A stretch of DNA of 63,964 nucleotides, the filler included, from Saprolegnia diclina VS20 (taxonomy: Eukaryota): assembly GCF_000281045.1 (NCBI RefSeq). It is 11 parts of 2 records of this genome, joined end to end, with 100 filler letters (N's around TTAATTAATTAA, not from the genome) between each part and the next. Parts side by side here need not be neighbours in the genome. Positions count along the whole stretch, not along the records: positions 1 to 1,251 come from NW_008246068.1; positions 1,352 to 10,988 come from NW_008246068.1; 9 more parts are not named here. One strand, written 5' to 3'. A program made the translations under genes and the position numbers. Below the pieces are notes generated by a model. It was not told where the DNA came from. It was given only the letters and a program-made list of their open reading frames with translations, and made no database searches. Shown here one piece after another: positions 1 to 10,352 of the stretch (within the stretch, counting starts at the first letter, position 1; the number at the start of each line of letters is the position of its first letter).

Positions 1-1295
1 CAGTATTTCAAAGAGGCAGCTAGAATTGTGAAATAGTGTACAATGCACCGCGAAACCATGATCGAGTGCTCGCGGACCCACAGACTCACCGACGCGTGTT
101 TGCCAAGAATAAGATCAGGTCGGGTGATCAGGCTGAAGGAGCTGTCGCCGGCAACACTGCATAGTATGTTTGCCATTCGCTAGCTTAAAAAGACGACGTT
201 GCAAAAGTTTACGCCAGCAGCGGCGCCAGACTCGAGTTGTTGATGTCTCTGCTGCTAGAATATTCTTCGACACTAGTGTCGTCGTCAAGAGATAATATCA
301 AGAACCTGGGTTTGTCGGGAACCTTCTGCTCGAAAAGACAGGCGACCATCGCGCTGGCCGCTATAGTAACTCTTGTACGCAGACGTGTGTGACCTCGAAC
401 GTCAACTCGTGTGGACGACGTTGGAGGCGCTCACGTTGTTGCCAACGTATCCGGTATTTCCGGATACGGTGGCAGTGGAGTAAGAGATGGCGCCGTCGGC
501 GTCGACGCCCGCCTCAAGCCTCCGGCCTTACGATGGCTGCACCTGCCAGCACCACGAGCCCGCGCTTGATGACCATCGCCCAGCTCGTCCTCTACGCCAA
601 GGTACCTGCGCTAGCACTCCGCGCCGCCGAGCTCATACACTCCGAGGTGGCGGTACTTGTCGACACGCTGCCTCCGGGCGTCGCGTTGCGTGCCTGTACC
701 AGCCAAGTCGTCGTCGATGGTGGACGACAACGGCAAAGGCACTCGCACGCTGCATGCAGACACAGCAGCAATCGTTGTCATCGACACGTACCGACTGCGC
801 AGGCGGATAGCGTGTAAAGGTTCGCTGAATCACCTCGTACGACGTCAGACACCGTTCACACGCGACCTCGACCACCAGAGAACAGGTCCAGCAATGTCGT
901 GCCGTCGGCCCTGTCTCTCTAATATGGTGGGCGAGGCAGTGTGCATCAAAGAGCAATGGATGAACTTGAAACTTACTAGTATATATATTTCAACGACGAA
1001 TGTGCGAATACGCACACTAATTTGGACGATTACTTGCCAACATAGCTGGCGACGGCGGCTTCGATTTGCTGGTGGGCCCAGACGATGTGGCCCGAGTCCG
1101 TCGGGCGTGGCGCGCTCATGTCGGCGCAGTGCGACGTGCCTTCAATGTAGACGACCTTGGACTTGGGGTTGGCGAGGTGCGTCGAGTTGTCGGGGGCGAG
1201 GGCCGACCACGGGTCGAGCGTGCCGCTGGGGAAAATGACGTTCTCGACGTTNNNNNNNNNNNNNNNNNNNNNNNNNNNNNNNNNNNNNNNNNNNN

Positions 1296-1307
1296 TTAAT
1301 TAATTAA
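1296..1307. other. Artificial scaffolding linker TTAATTAATTAA within a 100-nt N gap (also at 11033, 17626, 19511, 20965, 23211, 31487, 57130, 58454, 62875)
   Basis: Identical 12-mer giving stops in all six frames, always centred in N runs. Confidence 0.97.
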
Positions 1308-1366
1308 NNNNNNNNNNNNNNNNNNNNNNNNNNNNNNNNNNNNNNNNNNNNCAACCTCCCAAGACC

Positions 1367-1894
1367 ATGACCAAGACCATTGAAGTCGCGCTCGAGCCGC
1401 ACGAGCAGCTCGCGACGTTCGCTGCCGGCTGCTTCTGGAGCGTCCAGCTCCATTTCCAGCGCCTCGACGGCGTCCTCGACTCGCACGTCGGCTACATCAA
1501 CGGCAAGACCGTCAACCCGACGTACCGCCAAGTGTGCGCGGGCGATTCGGGCCACGCCGAAGCCGTCCAGATCAAGTTTGACGAAAACAAGATCTCGTTC
1601 AAGCAGCTCGTTGAGAACTTCTTTGCGATCCACAACCCGACGACGCGCAACCGCCAGAAAAACGACGTCGGCACGCAATACCGCTCCGGTATCTACTACC
1701 ACAGCGACGAGCAGCGCGAGATCGCCGAGGCCGTCAAGCGCGACGAAGCCGACAAGTTTCCCTCCGAGATTGTGACCGAGATCGAACCCGCGGGTACGTT
1801 CTACCATGCCGAAGACTACCACCAGCGCTACCTCGAGAAGGGCGGGCAGTGCGCCCGCGTCGGCTCTACGGACCGCATTCGCTGCTACGGCTAG
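1367..1894 (+). CDS. msrA: Peptide methionine sulfoxide reductase MsrA
   Basis: 175-aa ORF with the GCFW active-site motif, GHAEAVQ, DVGTQYRSGIY and AEDYHQRYL. Confidence 0.96.
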   Translation: MTKTIEVALEPHEQLATFAAGCFWSVQLHFQRLDGVLDSHVGYINGKTVNPTYRQVCAGDSGHAEAVQIKFDENKISFKQLVENFFAIHNPTTRNRQKNDVGTQYRSGIYYHSDEQREIAEAVKRDEADKFPSEIVTEIEPAGTFYHAEDYHQRYLEKGGQCARVGSTDRIRCYG

Positions 1895-2002
1895 CATTGC
1901 TCACGAGCGCCTATATATAAGCTACACTCAATGAATTATCCGATGACAACTTGTCTTCAAAATGTACAGACGTCAACAATTGTACACACATTAAATAGCG
2001 AC

Positions 2003-3406
2003 CTACTGGACTGCGCACGAAGATCGCGCTGGGCCCACCGACTTGATGTACGACGTGAGGCTCGTGCGGCCGCTGGCAATCGCAAGCTGCCGACCGACCT
2101 TCAAGTCGACAACGGCAAAGTCGTTCTCGACCATATACCGCACAATGCCGAGGTGGCCGTTGGCGACAGCGCCGGTCCACGCCGCCTTTGTGCAGCCCTC
2201 GCACCGGTGCTGGTGCAGGTACCGGAAAATCTCGAGGCAGCCGAACCGACCGGCGTTGTCCATGGCCGCCGTCGAGAAGACGCCCAGCTTGTGCTCGTTG
2301 GCGTAGGCCACGATGTCGAGTCGGTCTTGGCGTATCGCCGTCAAGAGCACGTGGGCTGTCCAAAGCGGAAACCCGTTGTTGCGTCGAAAGTCGACGGCGT
2401 CGGCGTCGGTCGCTGCCACCACCCTCGGCGAACCGTACCGCGTCGGCGGGCTGCTCGCCGCGCGCGTCGATCGATGGTGCACCGAGCTGTTGGGCTTGGC
2501 AAAGTCGGCGACCAGCCGCACGCTTTCAGGCCGGTGTCGGTTGAGGTAGCGCACCACGTCCCAGTGCTTGTTCTTTGTGGCGCCGGCGAGGGCTTTGGGC
2601 GTACATCCCTCCCTTCGGTGCGTGTGCAGGAACCGGACGACCTCGAGGTGCCCCGCAGTTGCGGCCTCGTCCATGGTCTCGGCGGTAAAGCCGCCGCAGC
2701 CTTCCTCGTGGAGGTACGCCAGGACATCGAGGTGCCCTTGCTTGGCCACGAGGCTCGGGTTCACTGGGCGCCAGGCGTCGAGGTGGCGAAGGAGCTTCAC
2801 GAGCGGTAGGTGCCCGCCGTTGCACGCGACGCTGGCCGCGAACGGCGGGATCGTCGCGCCTTGGCCATGCAAAAAATCGACCACCGACGCTTGGCCGGTG
2901 CGCAGAGCGTGCGCCATGGCCAACGGCAGGTACGTCGGCTGCTTGTGCTCGATAAAGTAGGCTAAAACCCCGACGTTGCCGAGGCGCGCCGCGAGGATCC
3001 AGTCGTCGCCGCCAATATCGAGGTCGCAGAGGCTTTCGAGCAGCCGCACGTTCGAGTACGCGATCGCATACTGCTTGAGCCGGGACCGAGTGCTTGGATC
3101 GCTCTGCAGAAGCGGCGCGAGGTCCGTCGCGCGCGTGTGCTGGGCAAGCCATGGCGCAAAGACTGCGTGGAACGGCGCAAGGGCAGCCTTGATGTTGCGA
3201 GTGTCGCCGTCGCTCTTGACGAGCGCGCGGAGGAGCTTGACGTCGAGCGGGACGCCTTCCTGAAAGTCGGCGATCGCGCGCACGAGATCGGAGTGCTCGG
3301 CATGAGCAAATCTGTGGGCAACCCACGTGGCAGCGTGCTTCGGCAACTCGCCACCGGTACCGCTGCTTCGCCGTGCAGCGCTTGTGGCGCAAAGATCACG
3401 CAGCAT
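2003..3406 (-). CDS. Ankyrin-repeat protein (oomycete-expanded type); start uncertain next to gap
   Basis: Repeated motifs such as MDEAATAGHLEVVRFLHTHRREGCT, AKQGHLDVLAYLHEEG and MDNAGRFGCLEIFRYLHQHRCEGCT. Confidence 0.88.
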   Translation of the reverse strand: MLRDLCATSAARRSSGTGGELPKHAATWVAHRFAHAEHSDLVRAIADFQEGVPLDVKLLRALVKSDGDTRNIKAALAPFHAVFAPWLAQHTRATDLAPLLQSDPSTRSRLKQYAIAYSNVRLLESLCDLDIGGDDWILAARLGNVGVLAYFIEHKQPTYLPLAMAHALRTGQASVVDFLHGQGATIPPFAASVACNGGHLPLVKLLRHLDAWRPVNPSLVAKQGHLDVLAYLHEEGCGGFTAETMDEAATAGHLEVVRFLHTHRREGCTPKALAGATKNKHWDVVRYLNRHRPESVRLVADFAKPNSSVHHRSTRAASSPPTRYGSPRVVAATDADAVDFRRNNGFPLWTAHVLLTAIRQDRLDIVAYANEHKLGVFSTAAMDNAGRFGCLEIFRYLHQHRCEGCTKAAWTGAVANGHLGIVRYMVENDFAVVDLKVGRQLAIASGRTSLTSYIKSVGPARSSCAVQ

Positions 3407-4366
3407 CCCGAGCTCCGAAGCCGCCTCGTTGCTCTCACGATGCGGCGCNNNNNNNNNNNNNNNNNNNNNNNNNNNNNNNNNNNNNNNNNNNNNNNNNNNN
3501 NNNNNNNNNNNNNNNNNNNNNNNNNNNNNNNNNNNNNNNNNNNNNNNNNNNNNNNNNNNNNNNNNNNNNNNNNNNNNNNNNNNNNNNNNNNNNNNNNNNN
3601 NNNNNNNNNNNNNNNNNNNNNNNNNNNNNNNNNNNNNNNNNNNNNNNNNNNNNNNNNNNNNNNNNNNNNNNNNNNNNNNNNNNNNNNNNNNNNNNNNNNN
3701 NNNNNNNNNNNNNNNNNNNNNNNNNNNNNNNNNNNNNNNNNNNNNNNNNNNNNNNNNNNNNNNNNNNNNNNNNNNNNNNNNNNNNNNNNNNNNNNNNNNN
3801 NNNNNNNNNNNNNNNNNNNNNNNNNNNNNNNNNNNNNNNNNNNNNNNNNNNNNNNNNNNNNNNNNNNNNNNNNNNNNNNNNNNNNNNNNNNNNNNNNNNN
3901 NNNNNNNNNNNNNNNNNNNNNNNNNNNNNNNNNNNNNNNNNNNNNNNNNNNNNNNNNNNNNNNNNNNNNNNNNNNNNNNNNNNNNNNNNNNNNNNNNNNN
4001 NNNNNNNNNNNNNNNNNNNNNNNNNNNNNNNNNNNNNNNNNNNNNNNNNNNNNNNNNNNNNNNNNNNNNNNNNNNNNNNNNNNNNNNNNNNNNNNNNNNN
4101 NNNNNNNNNNNNNNNNNNNNNNNNNNNNNNNNNNNNNNNNNNNNNNNNNNNNNNNNNNNNNNNNNNNNNNNNNNNNNNNNNNNNNNNNNNNNNNNNNNNN
4201 NNNNNNNNNNNNNNNNNNNNNNNNNNNNNNNNNNNNNNNNNNNNNNNNNNNNNNNNNNNNNNNNNNNNNNNNNNNNNNNNNNNNNNNNNNNNNNNNNNNN
4301 NNNNNNNNNNNNNNNNNNNNNNNNNNNNNNGGGGGACTGAGACGCGATGTACCGTAGTACTTACCA

Positions 4367-4995
4367 AGACACGTGGGTATCCCAAGCTCGGACGGTATCG
4401 CGACCATAGAAGACGAAGCTGGGTAACAGGTACATGATTCGTACTTCGAATTCCGGATACCGTGCAAATAGGAGGCATGCAATGGCTATAGCGCCACCGC
4501 GTCAGCGCAATACCAGCGGCACACCCGCAAGCGTGATGTCTTACGAAAGGCCATGTCGTGAACTTTCGATTGCACCACAATATAGCCTAATATGTCTCAA
4601 AATGAGCGAGAAAATCAACATCCTTGTCAGCGTCCAGATGCGCCGGATAACTGCCCTTGCGTCACTTCAGGGCTCCCGGGGCACCACAATACTTGTGTCA
4701 TACCCGTGAGCGCGCTGTCTTACGATAGTGCACGAAATAAGCTTTCGATTGAGCTTGAGTCTAGCCCGATACGACGTAAAATGAGAGAGAAAATCAACAT
4801 CCTTGTCAGCTCCATGGTATCGTCCAGATCGTGTTCGATTTGCCCGCTTTCGTCCGGATAGCAATAGCACTTCGATCTTCGATTCACCGTTGAATACTTT
4901 AATCAAGATAGAGTCAAATGTGCTCGTTCGAGGACCATAGTGAGAGTAAGTAAAAACGAGTTATGTACCTGTTAAGCTGGGTACACACGTGGTCT
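4367..4995. mobile_element. Putative non-autonomous (MITE-like) element with imperfect terminal inverted repeats and an internal ~180-bp duplication
   Basis: 4367-4388 plus 4424-4442 match the reverse complement of 4956-4995. Internal direct repeats (aaatgagNgagaaaatcaacatccttgtcagc) lie at ~4600 and ~4779. Confidence 0.4.
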
Positions 4996-5231
4996 CCGTC
5001 GCAGGATCTTTCGCGCGTCCTGTATTAGTGGACACCACTCACACATTGCGAAGGGACCCACGTCTGTGGATAATCCTGTCGACGTTTTTCTACGTGCTTG
5101 TGCAATCGATCCTGCAAGCGACTGGATCCCATTCGCGGTCGCGGGATGCCTCAGATAACAGATGTTGCATTATCAGAACCCTAGCTGCGACAATGATAGC
5201 TCGTGGGTACATCACCTCCTCACAAAGCCCA

Positions 5232-5249
5232 GGCTTCATTCTACTTTTT
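5232..5249 (+). promoter_or_regulatory. Oomycete Inr+FPR-like core promoter of the OPT gene
   Basis: ggcttcattctacttttt resembles the oomycete GCTCATTYYNCAWTTT consensus and lies ~35 nt before the ATG at 5280. Confidence 0.5.
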
Positions 5250-5279
5250 GCCCTCTGCCCCACAGCCACATCGAGTCGA

Positions 5280-7319
5280 ATGCGGTCCGCGCAGAACAGC
5301 GTCGTGTCCGAGTACAAGGTCGCGGCGACGCCCCACTGGAACGAAAACGCCGACGATGCTGTCGCCAACGAAGCCAAGCACGCGGCCGAGTTTGAAGTCA
5401 TCACGTCGGGGCTCGAGCACCCGCAGGTGACGATCAAGTCGCTCGTCGTCGGCACCATCATGGGCACGTTCACGAGCGTCCTCGCCATGTACTATAGCCT
5501 CAAGCTCGGCGTCACGCCGTCCCTCAACGTGCTCTCCGGCATCGGTGGTTTCATGCTCTGCCGCGCCTTGATGAAGACGCAGTTCTTTGGCAAGCACTTT
5601 ACCGTCCAGGAGAACGTCGTCATCCAGACGTGCGCGGTGGCGTGCATGAGTTTGGCGAGCCAGGCCGGTTTTGGCTCTGGCATCCTCGGCCTCACGGAAA
5701 ATGTCTTCCTCGTCATGGGCAACACGACGTACGCGGGCAACCTCGCCTCGGACGTCATCGACTTTACGTGGCTCCGCTCGTTTGGGTGGTGCGCGAGCAT
5801 TGCGCTCTTTGGCTTCTTCATCTCGTTCCCGCTCCGCCGCAAGTTTATCATCGAGATGCGCCTCCTCTTCCCGAGCGGTACGGCCACCGCCGTCATGATC
5901 AAGACGCTCCACACGTCGAAGGAGGCTGTCGAGTACCAATGGAACGTGCTCCTCAAGTCCGGTGTGTTTGCGTACGTCTGGAGCATCTTTGTGTTCTGCT
6001 TCAACGGGCTCGGCGAGTTCCCGATCTTTGGCGAGAAGGCCGCGGGCTTTACGTGGATCCTCGACTTTGCGCCCGGCACCTTTGCCATCAGCTTGATGCT
6101 GCCGTTCCGCGTCATGTACTCGATGTTCCTCGGCAACATCATCACGTGGGGCATCCTCATGCCGGTGCTCAAGGCACAGAAACTCGGCGTCTGGTACGAG
6201 AGCGAAGGCGCGGCGGGTCTCAAGGCCTACTACACGTTCACGGCCGTCGCCATCATCTGCGTCGACGCGCTTTACAGCATCATCAAGATGGGTATCATCA
6301 TCGGCAAGTCGTGGTCGGCCAAGAAGGACGAGAACAAGACGATCACCGAGGCGGACGACAAGGCGACCGAAAACGACGACGTGCTCTCCAAGGCCCAGCG
6401 CCAGGCGTATCTCGACAAGATCTTCGAGTCGGCGCACATCCCGACGTGGTCCTGGATCGGTGGCCTCGTGGTCTTTGCCGCCGTCTCGGTCGTCGTCATC
6501 TCGTTCATGTTTGAGACCGTCAAGTGGTACAAGGTGCTCGTGTGCTGCCTCCTCATCCCGATCTTTGCGATCGGCATCGTCCAGGGCACGGGTATGACCG
6601 ACTGGAACGTCTCCAGCGCTGTCGGCAAGCTCATCCTCTTTGTCATTGGCTCATGGACCGACGGCAACGACAAGTCGATCATCGCGTCGCTCATTCTGTG
6701 CCAGATGGTCATTGTCGGCTGCTCGCAGGCCGCCGACCTCATGCAGGACTTCAAGACCGGCTACCTTGTCGGCGCGTCGGCCAAGTCTATGATCGTGGCG
6801 CAGATCTTTGGCGCGTGCATGTCCTGCCTCGTTGTCCCAACCGTCTGGGTGCTCATGAACGACGCGTACACGCTGCCCGGCCCGCTCCTCAAGGCGCCAT
6901 TCGGCGAGGTCTACCGCGTCATGGCGATCACGGCTACCGTCGGTCTCTCGGGCCTCCCCACGTACTGTGGCTACTTCATGCTTGTCGGCGTTGTCTACAC
7001 GATCGTGTTCAACTTGTACATCGACAACTTTTCCGAGTCCAAGAACAAGGTGCTCAACGTCATCGCCAACCACTGCCCGCTCCCGATGGCCGTCTCGATC
7101 GGCATGATCGTGCCCGCGAGCTTCGGTCTCGAAGGCATGATCATGGCCGGTATCATCGCGTACTGGAAGTCCAAGGACGAAGCCTCGTTCGAGAAGACGC
7201 AGTACATTCTTGCCGCCGGCCTGATGACCGGCGAAGGTTTCTCGGTCCTCACGCAGATCATCGTGACGCTCTGCGGCGGCAGCGCGCCTGTCCAGGTGTC
7301 GTACGCCATGACGCCGTAA
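5280..7319 (+). CDS. OPT-superfamily (YSL-like) oligopeptide/metal-chelate transporter
   Basis: Intronless multi-TM ORF with FTVQENVVIQT, LLFPSGTATA, AADLMQDFKTGYL and AAGLMTGEG motifs typical of OPT/YSL. ATG 5280 is in frame with the long ORF. Confidence 0.93.
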   Translation: MRSAQNSVVSEYKVAATPHWNENADDAVANEAKHAAEFEVITSGLEHPQVTIKSLVVGTIMGTFTSVLAMYYSLKLGVTPSLNVLSGIGGFMLCRALMKTQFFGKHFTVQENVVIQTCAVACMSLASQAGFGSGILGLTENVFLVMGNTTYAGNLASDVIDFTWLRSFGWCASIALFGFFISFPLRRKFIIEMRLLFPSGTATAVMIKTLHTSKEAVEYQWNVLLKSGVFAYVWSIFVFCFNGLGEFPIFGEKAAGFTWILDFAPGTFAISLMLPFRVMYSMFLGNIITWGILMPVLKAQKLGVWYESEGAAGLKAYYTFTAVAIICVDALYSIIKMGIIIGKSWSAKKDENKTITEADDKATENDDVLSKAQRQAYLDKIFESAHIPTWSWIGGLVVFAAVSVVVISFMFETVKWYKVLVCCLLIPIFAIGIVQGTGMTDWNVSSAVGKLILFVIGSWTDGNDKSIIASLILCQMVIVGCSQAADLMQDFKTGYLVGASAKSMIVAQIFGACMSCLVVPTVWVLMNDAYTLPGPLLKAPFGEVYRVMAITATVGLSGLPTYCGYFMLVGVVYTIVFNLYIDNFSESKNKVLNVIANHCPLPMAVSIGMIVPASFGLEGMIMAGIIAYWKSKDEASFEKTQYILAAGLMTGEGFSVLTQIIVTLCGGSAPVQVSYAMTP

Positions 7320-7630
7320 ATTCACCCTTGTAATCGTGTCGTGTATATAACCAAACAACCAAGTTTGCATATATTTTGGTGTTGTGATGTCCTGCAAAGT
7401 GAGAAGTTGGGCGTTGAGATTTGACATATTTGGAGTTTTCTTTTTGAAGTTGACAGAAATGGACCCACACCGGAGCATGCGGGCAAGGAGTGGCAATCGT
7501 CATTTCAGCAAATTCGTCTAAACATATGCAGTTTGTCAGGGCGTACAGCCACCGCAATTTGGCAGTATTGATGCTTACACTACCATATCAAGCTGCACGA
7601 TATACTGGCGAAAAGACACATCGAGTTCAT

Positions 7631-8617
7631 TTACAAGACATCTTCGAACCCGAAGAAGACGCCAACAAGGTACCCGTCGGCGGTCAGCCCGCCCACGAAA
7701 GACGAGCTCACGATTTGGTCGCCGCCGTCACGGTAATCGCACGTGACAAACTTGACGTCACTCGAGTGCGCGCGGAGGTGCGCCTGCAACGGCTGCATGA
7801 CGTTGCTACAGAATGCGCGGTGGGCCTCGCTGTTCTCTACCAGCGCTTCGTAGGCGTAGTTGCGCCACGACCGAAACGCGTTGACGTGCAGCCCGTGGGC
7901 TTCGAGAAATGCGTGCCACACGTCCGGGATCTCGTTGTCGGCTTCGCCGTAGCCGCCGTCTTTCTCGAGTTCGTCATTCTCCTCGACTGTGCCCGCCGCC
8001 GCGCAAAACGCACACGCACCGTCCTCGGACAAGTTGTACCAGTGCCATCCGATGCCGTGGGGCACGCCAAAGCCGTTGTCGCGAAGCTCAATTTCCTCGT
8101 TGTTGAAAATCTTGACCAAATCGGCGCGGCCCCACGTGTTGGACGTCGGGTCGACGCGGGAGCTCGGCGCAAAGAGCATCGCGCGCTCGCCGAAGAGCGA
8201 GAACTGCTGGATGCCGCCGGCCGGCAACTCGTACGTCGTCGCGATGGGAGCGACGATTTCAGCGAGCTTCTGGTGCACTTCCAGCGCTCGGTAGAGAGCC
8301 TTGGGGTCTGTGACGCTGGCCTTGGCGCGCACCACGAGCTCGTCTTTGCTGAGGTCCTCTTCGTGGTCGACGTAGCCGTTCATGACGTGCTTGCCACTGA
8401 GGCGGTTGAACGCTGCCTCATCCTCTTCGAACGAGCAGCTCTTAACGTTGGAGAGATCGAATACGTCGTAGAGTGTCGGGCACAAGGCGAGGCAGTTGGT
8501 GCCATAATCGGTGATGGCACCGACGAGCGACGGGTTCGTGAGGACAGCGCTGGCATTGCACGGACGCTTGTCTGCCGGCGACGGCGAAGCCGGGGCAGCA
8601 CGCTTGGTAGGGATCAT
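7631..8617 (-). CDS. Uncharacterised 'GWHWYN' family protein, copy A
   Basis: Open ORF from MIPTKRAAP with GIGWHWYNLSEDGACAFC and C-terminal GGLTADGYLVGVFFGF. Five paralogs in the window; Inr-like tcatttttcatttt upstream. Confidence 0.85.
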   Translation of the reverse strand: MIPTKRAAPASPSPADKRPCNASAVLTNPSLVGAITDYGTNCLALCPTLYDVFDLSNVKSCSFEEDEAAFNRLSGKHVMNGYVDHEEDLSKDELVVRAKASVTDPKALYRALEVHQKLAEIVAPIATTYELPAGGIQQFSLFGERAMLFAPSSRVDPTSNTWGRADLVKIFNNEEIELRDNGFGVPHGIGWHWYNLSEDGACAFCAAAGTVEENDELEKDGGYGEADNEIPDVWHAFLEAHGLHVNAFRSWRNYAYEALVENSEAHRAFCSNVMQPLQAHLRAHSSDVKFVTCDYRDGGDQIVSSSFVGGLTADGYLVGVFFGFEDVL

Positions 8618-10283
8618 ACTGGATGCGAGGGCGGAGCTAAAATGAAAAATGAATCGAGTGACAATAAACAANNNNNNNNNNNNNNNNNNNNNNNNNNNNN
8701 NNNNNNNNNNNNNNNNNNNNNNNNNNNNNNNNNNNNNNNNNNNNNNNNNNNNNNNNNNNNNNNNNNNNNNNTCTAGCACCTGCAGCGGCGCCACACTAAT
8801 TTCACATTTCTGGTGTGCCAGTTCAGCATTCCTCCTCAAAATAGGCGGTTGACACTCCAAAAACTAGTGCACTTGATCTACTACGCGTGATAGATCCCTT
8901 CGAAACGCGTGTATACTGTCGAGTGAAGCAATGAATACGCACGCTCCAGGTGCCCAAATGTTCCAGTTAGCCATGACCTGTTAGAAGCGACAACTGTTGC
9001 CATCGCGGGGCCTGTCTCGCGACCACTCCTTTCTCGGTGCAGAGGAGACTCGCAGATGCCCCGTTCCGTCCTTCTTCGGGCACAAAGACTTGGATATTTC
9101 ATTTCCAGCTTGATACAGATAGCATTTCGCACCCCAGTGCATTTTCCAAGACGAATTGGCTGCACCCAAAAGTACGACGCTTTTACCTACTGACAGCAGC
9201 TGCTGACAGCGACCGCAGCTACTAACTGCGGCCACATAGGATGCGATGCGCCGATTAACCCTGGGATTGCAGNNNNNNNNNNNNNNNNNNNNNNNNNNNN
9301 NNNNNNNNNNNNNNNNNNNNNNNNNNNNNNNNNNNNNNNNNNNNNNNNNNNNNNNNNNNNNNNNNNNNNNNNNNNNNNNNNNNNNNNNNNNNNNNNNNNN
9401 NNNNNNNNNNNNNNNNNNNNNNNNNNNNNNNNNNNNNNNNNNNNNNNNNNNNNNNNNNNNNNNNNNNNNNNNNNNNNNNNNNNNNNNNNNNNNNNNNNNN
9501 NNNNNNNNNNNNNNNNNNNNNNNNNNNNNNNNNNNNNNNNNNNNNNNNNNNNNNNNNNNNNNNNNNNNNNNNNNNNNNNNNNNNNNNNNNNNNNNNNNNN
9601 NNNNNNNNNNNNNNNNNNNNNNNNNNNNNNNNNNNNNNNNNNNNNNNNNNNNNNNNNNNNNNNNNNNNNNNNNNNNNNNNNNNNNNNNNNNNNNNNNNNN
9701 NNNNNNNNNNNNNNNNNNNNNNNNNNNNNNNNNNNNNNNNNNNNNNNNNNNNNNNNNNNNNNNNNNNNNNNNNNNNNNNNNNNNNNNNNNNNNNNNNNNN
9801 NNNNNNNNNNNNNNNNNNNNNNNNNNNNNNNNNNNNNNNNNNNNNNNNNNNNNNNNNNNNNNNNNNNNNNNNNNNNNNNNNNNNNNNNNNNNNNNNNNNN
9901 NNNNNNNNNNNNNNNNNNNNNNNNNNNNNNNNNNNNNNNNNNNNNNNNNNNNNNNNNNNNNNNNNNNNNNNNNNNNNNNNNNNNNNNNNNNNNNNNNNNN
10001 NNNNNNNNNNNNNNNNNNNNNNNNNNNNNNNNNNNNNNNNNNNNNNNNNNNNNNNNNNNNNNNNNNNNNNNNNNNNNNNNNNNNNNNNNNNNNNNNNNNN
10101 NNNNNNNNNNNNNNNNNNNNNNNNNNNNNNNNNNNNNNNNNNNNNNNNNNNNNNNNNNNNNNNNNNNNNNNNNNNNNNNNNNNNNNNNNNNNNNNNNNNN
10201 NNNNNNNNNNNNNNNNNNNNNNNNNNNNNNNNNNNNNNNNNNNNNNNNNNNNNNNNNNNNNNNNNNNNGGAGTTTTTTTCAAG

Positions 10284-10352
10284 AGTTACGACTTTCGAGC
10301 ATATTTCTCCAAAAGTTACGACCTGAGGCAAAATATTCAAAATAGTTACGAC
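10284..10352. repeat. Three AGTTACGAC cores at exact 30-bp spacing (possible transposon subterminal repeat)
   Basis: agttacgac starts at 10284, 10314 and 10344, next to an assembly gap. Confidence 0.7.

Noticed and set aside
389..1251. Several overlapping ORFs at the window start
   Set aside because: No recognisable motifs or consistent codon bias, so no gene can be supported.
2962..4580. Long ORFs running through N gaps (also at 8981-10457 and 60918-62743)
   Set aside because: Their lengths are artefacts of translating Ns.
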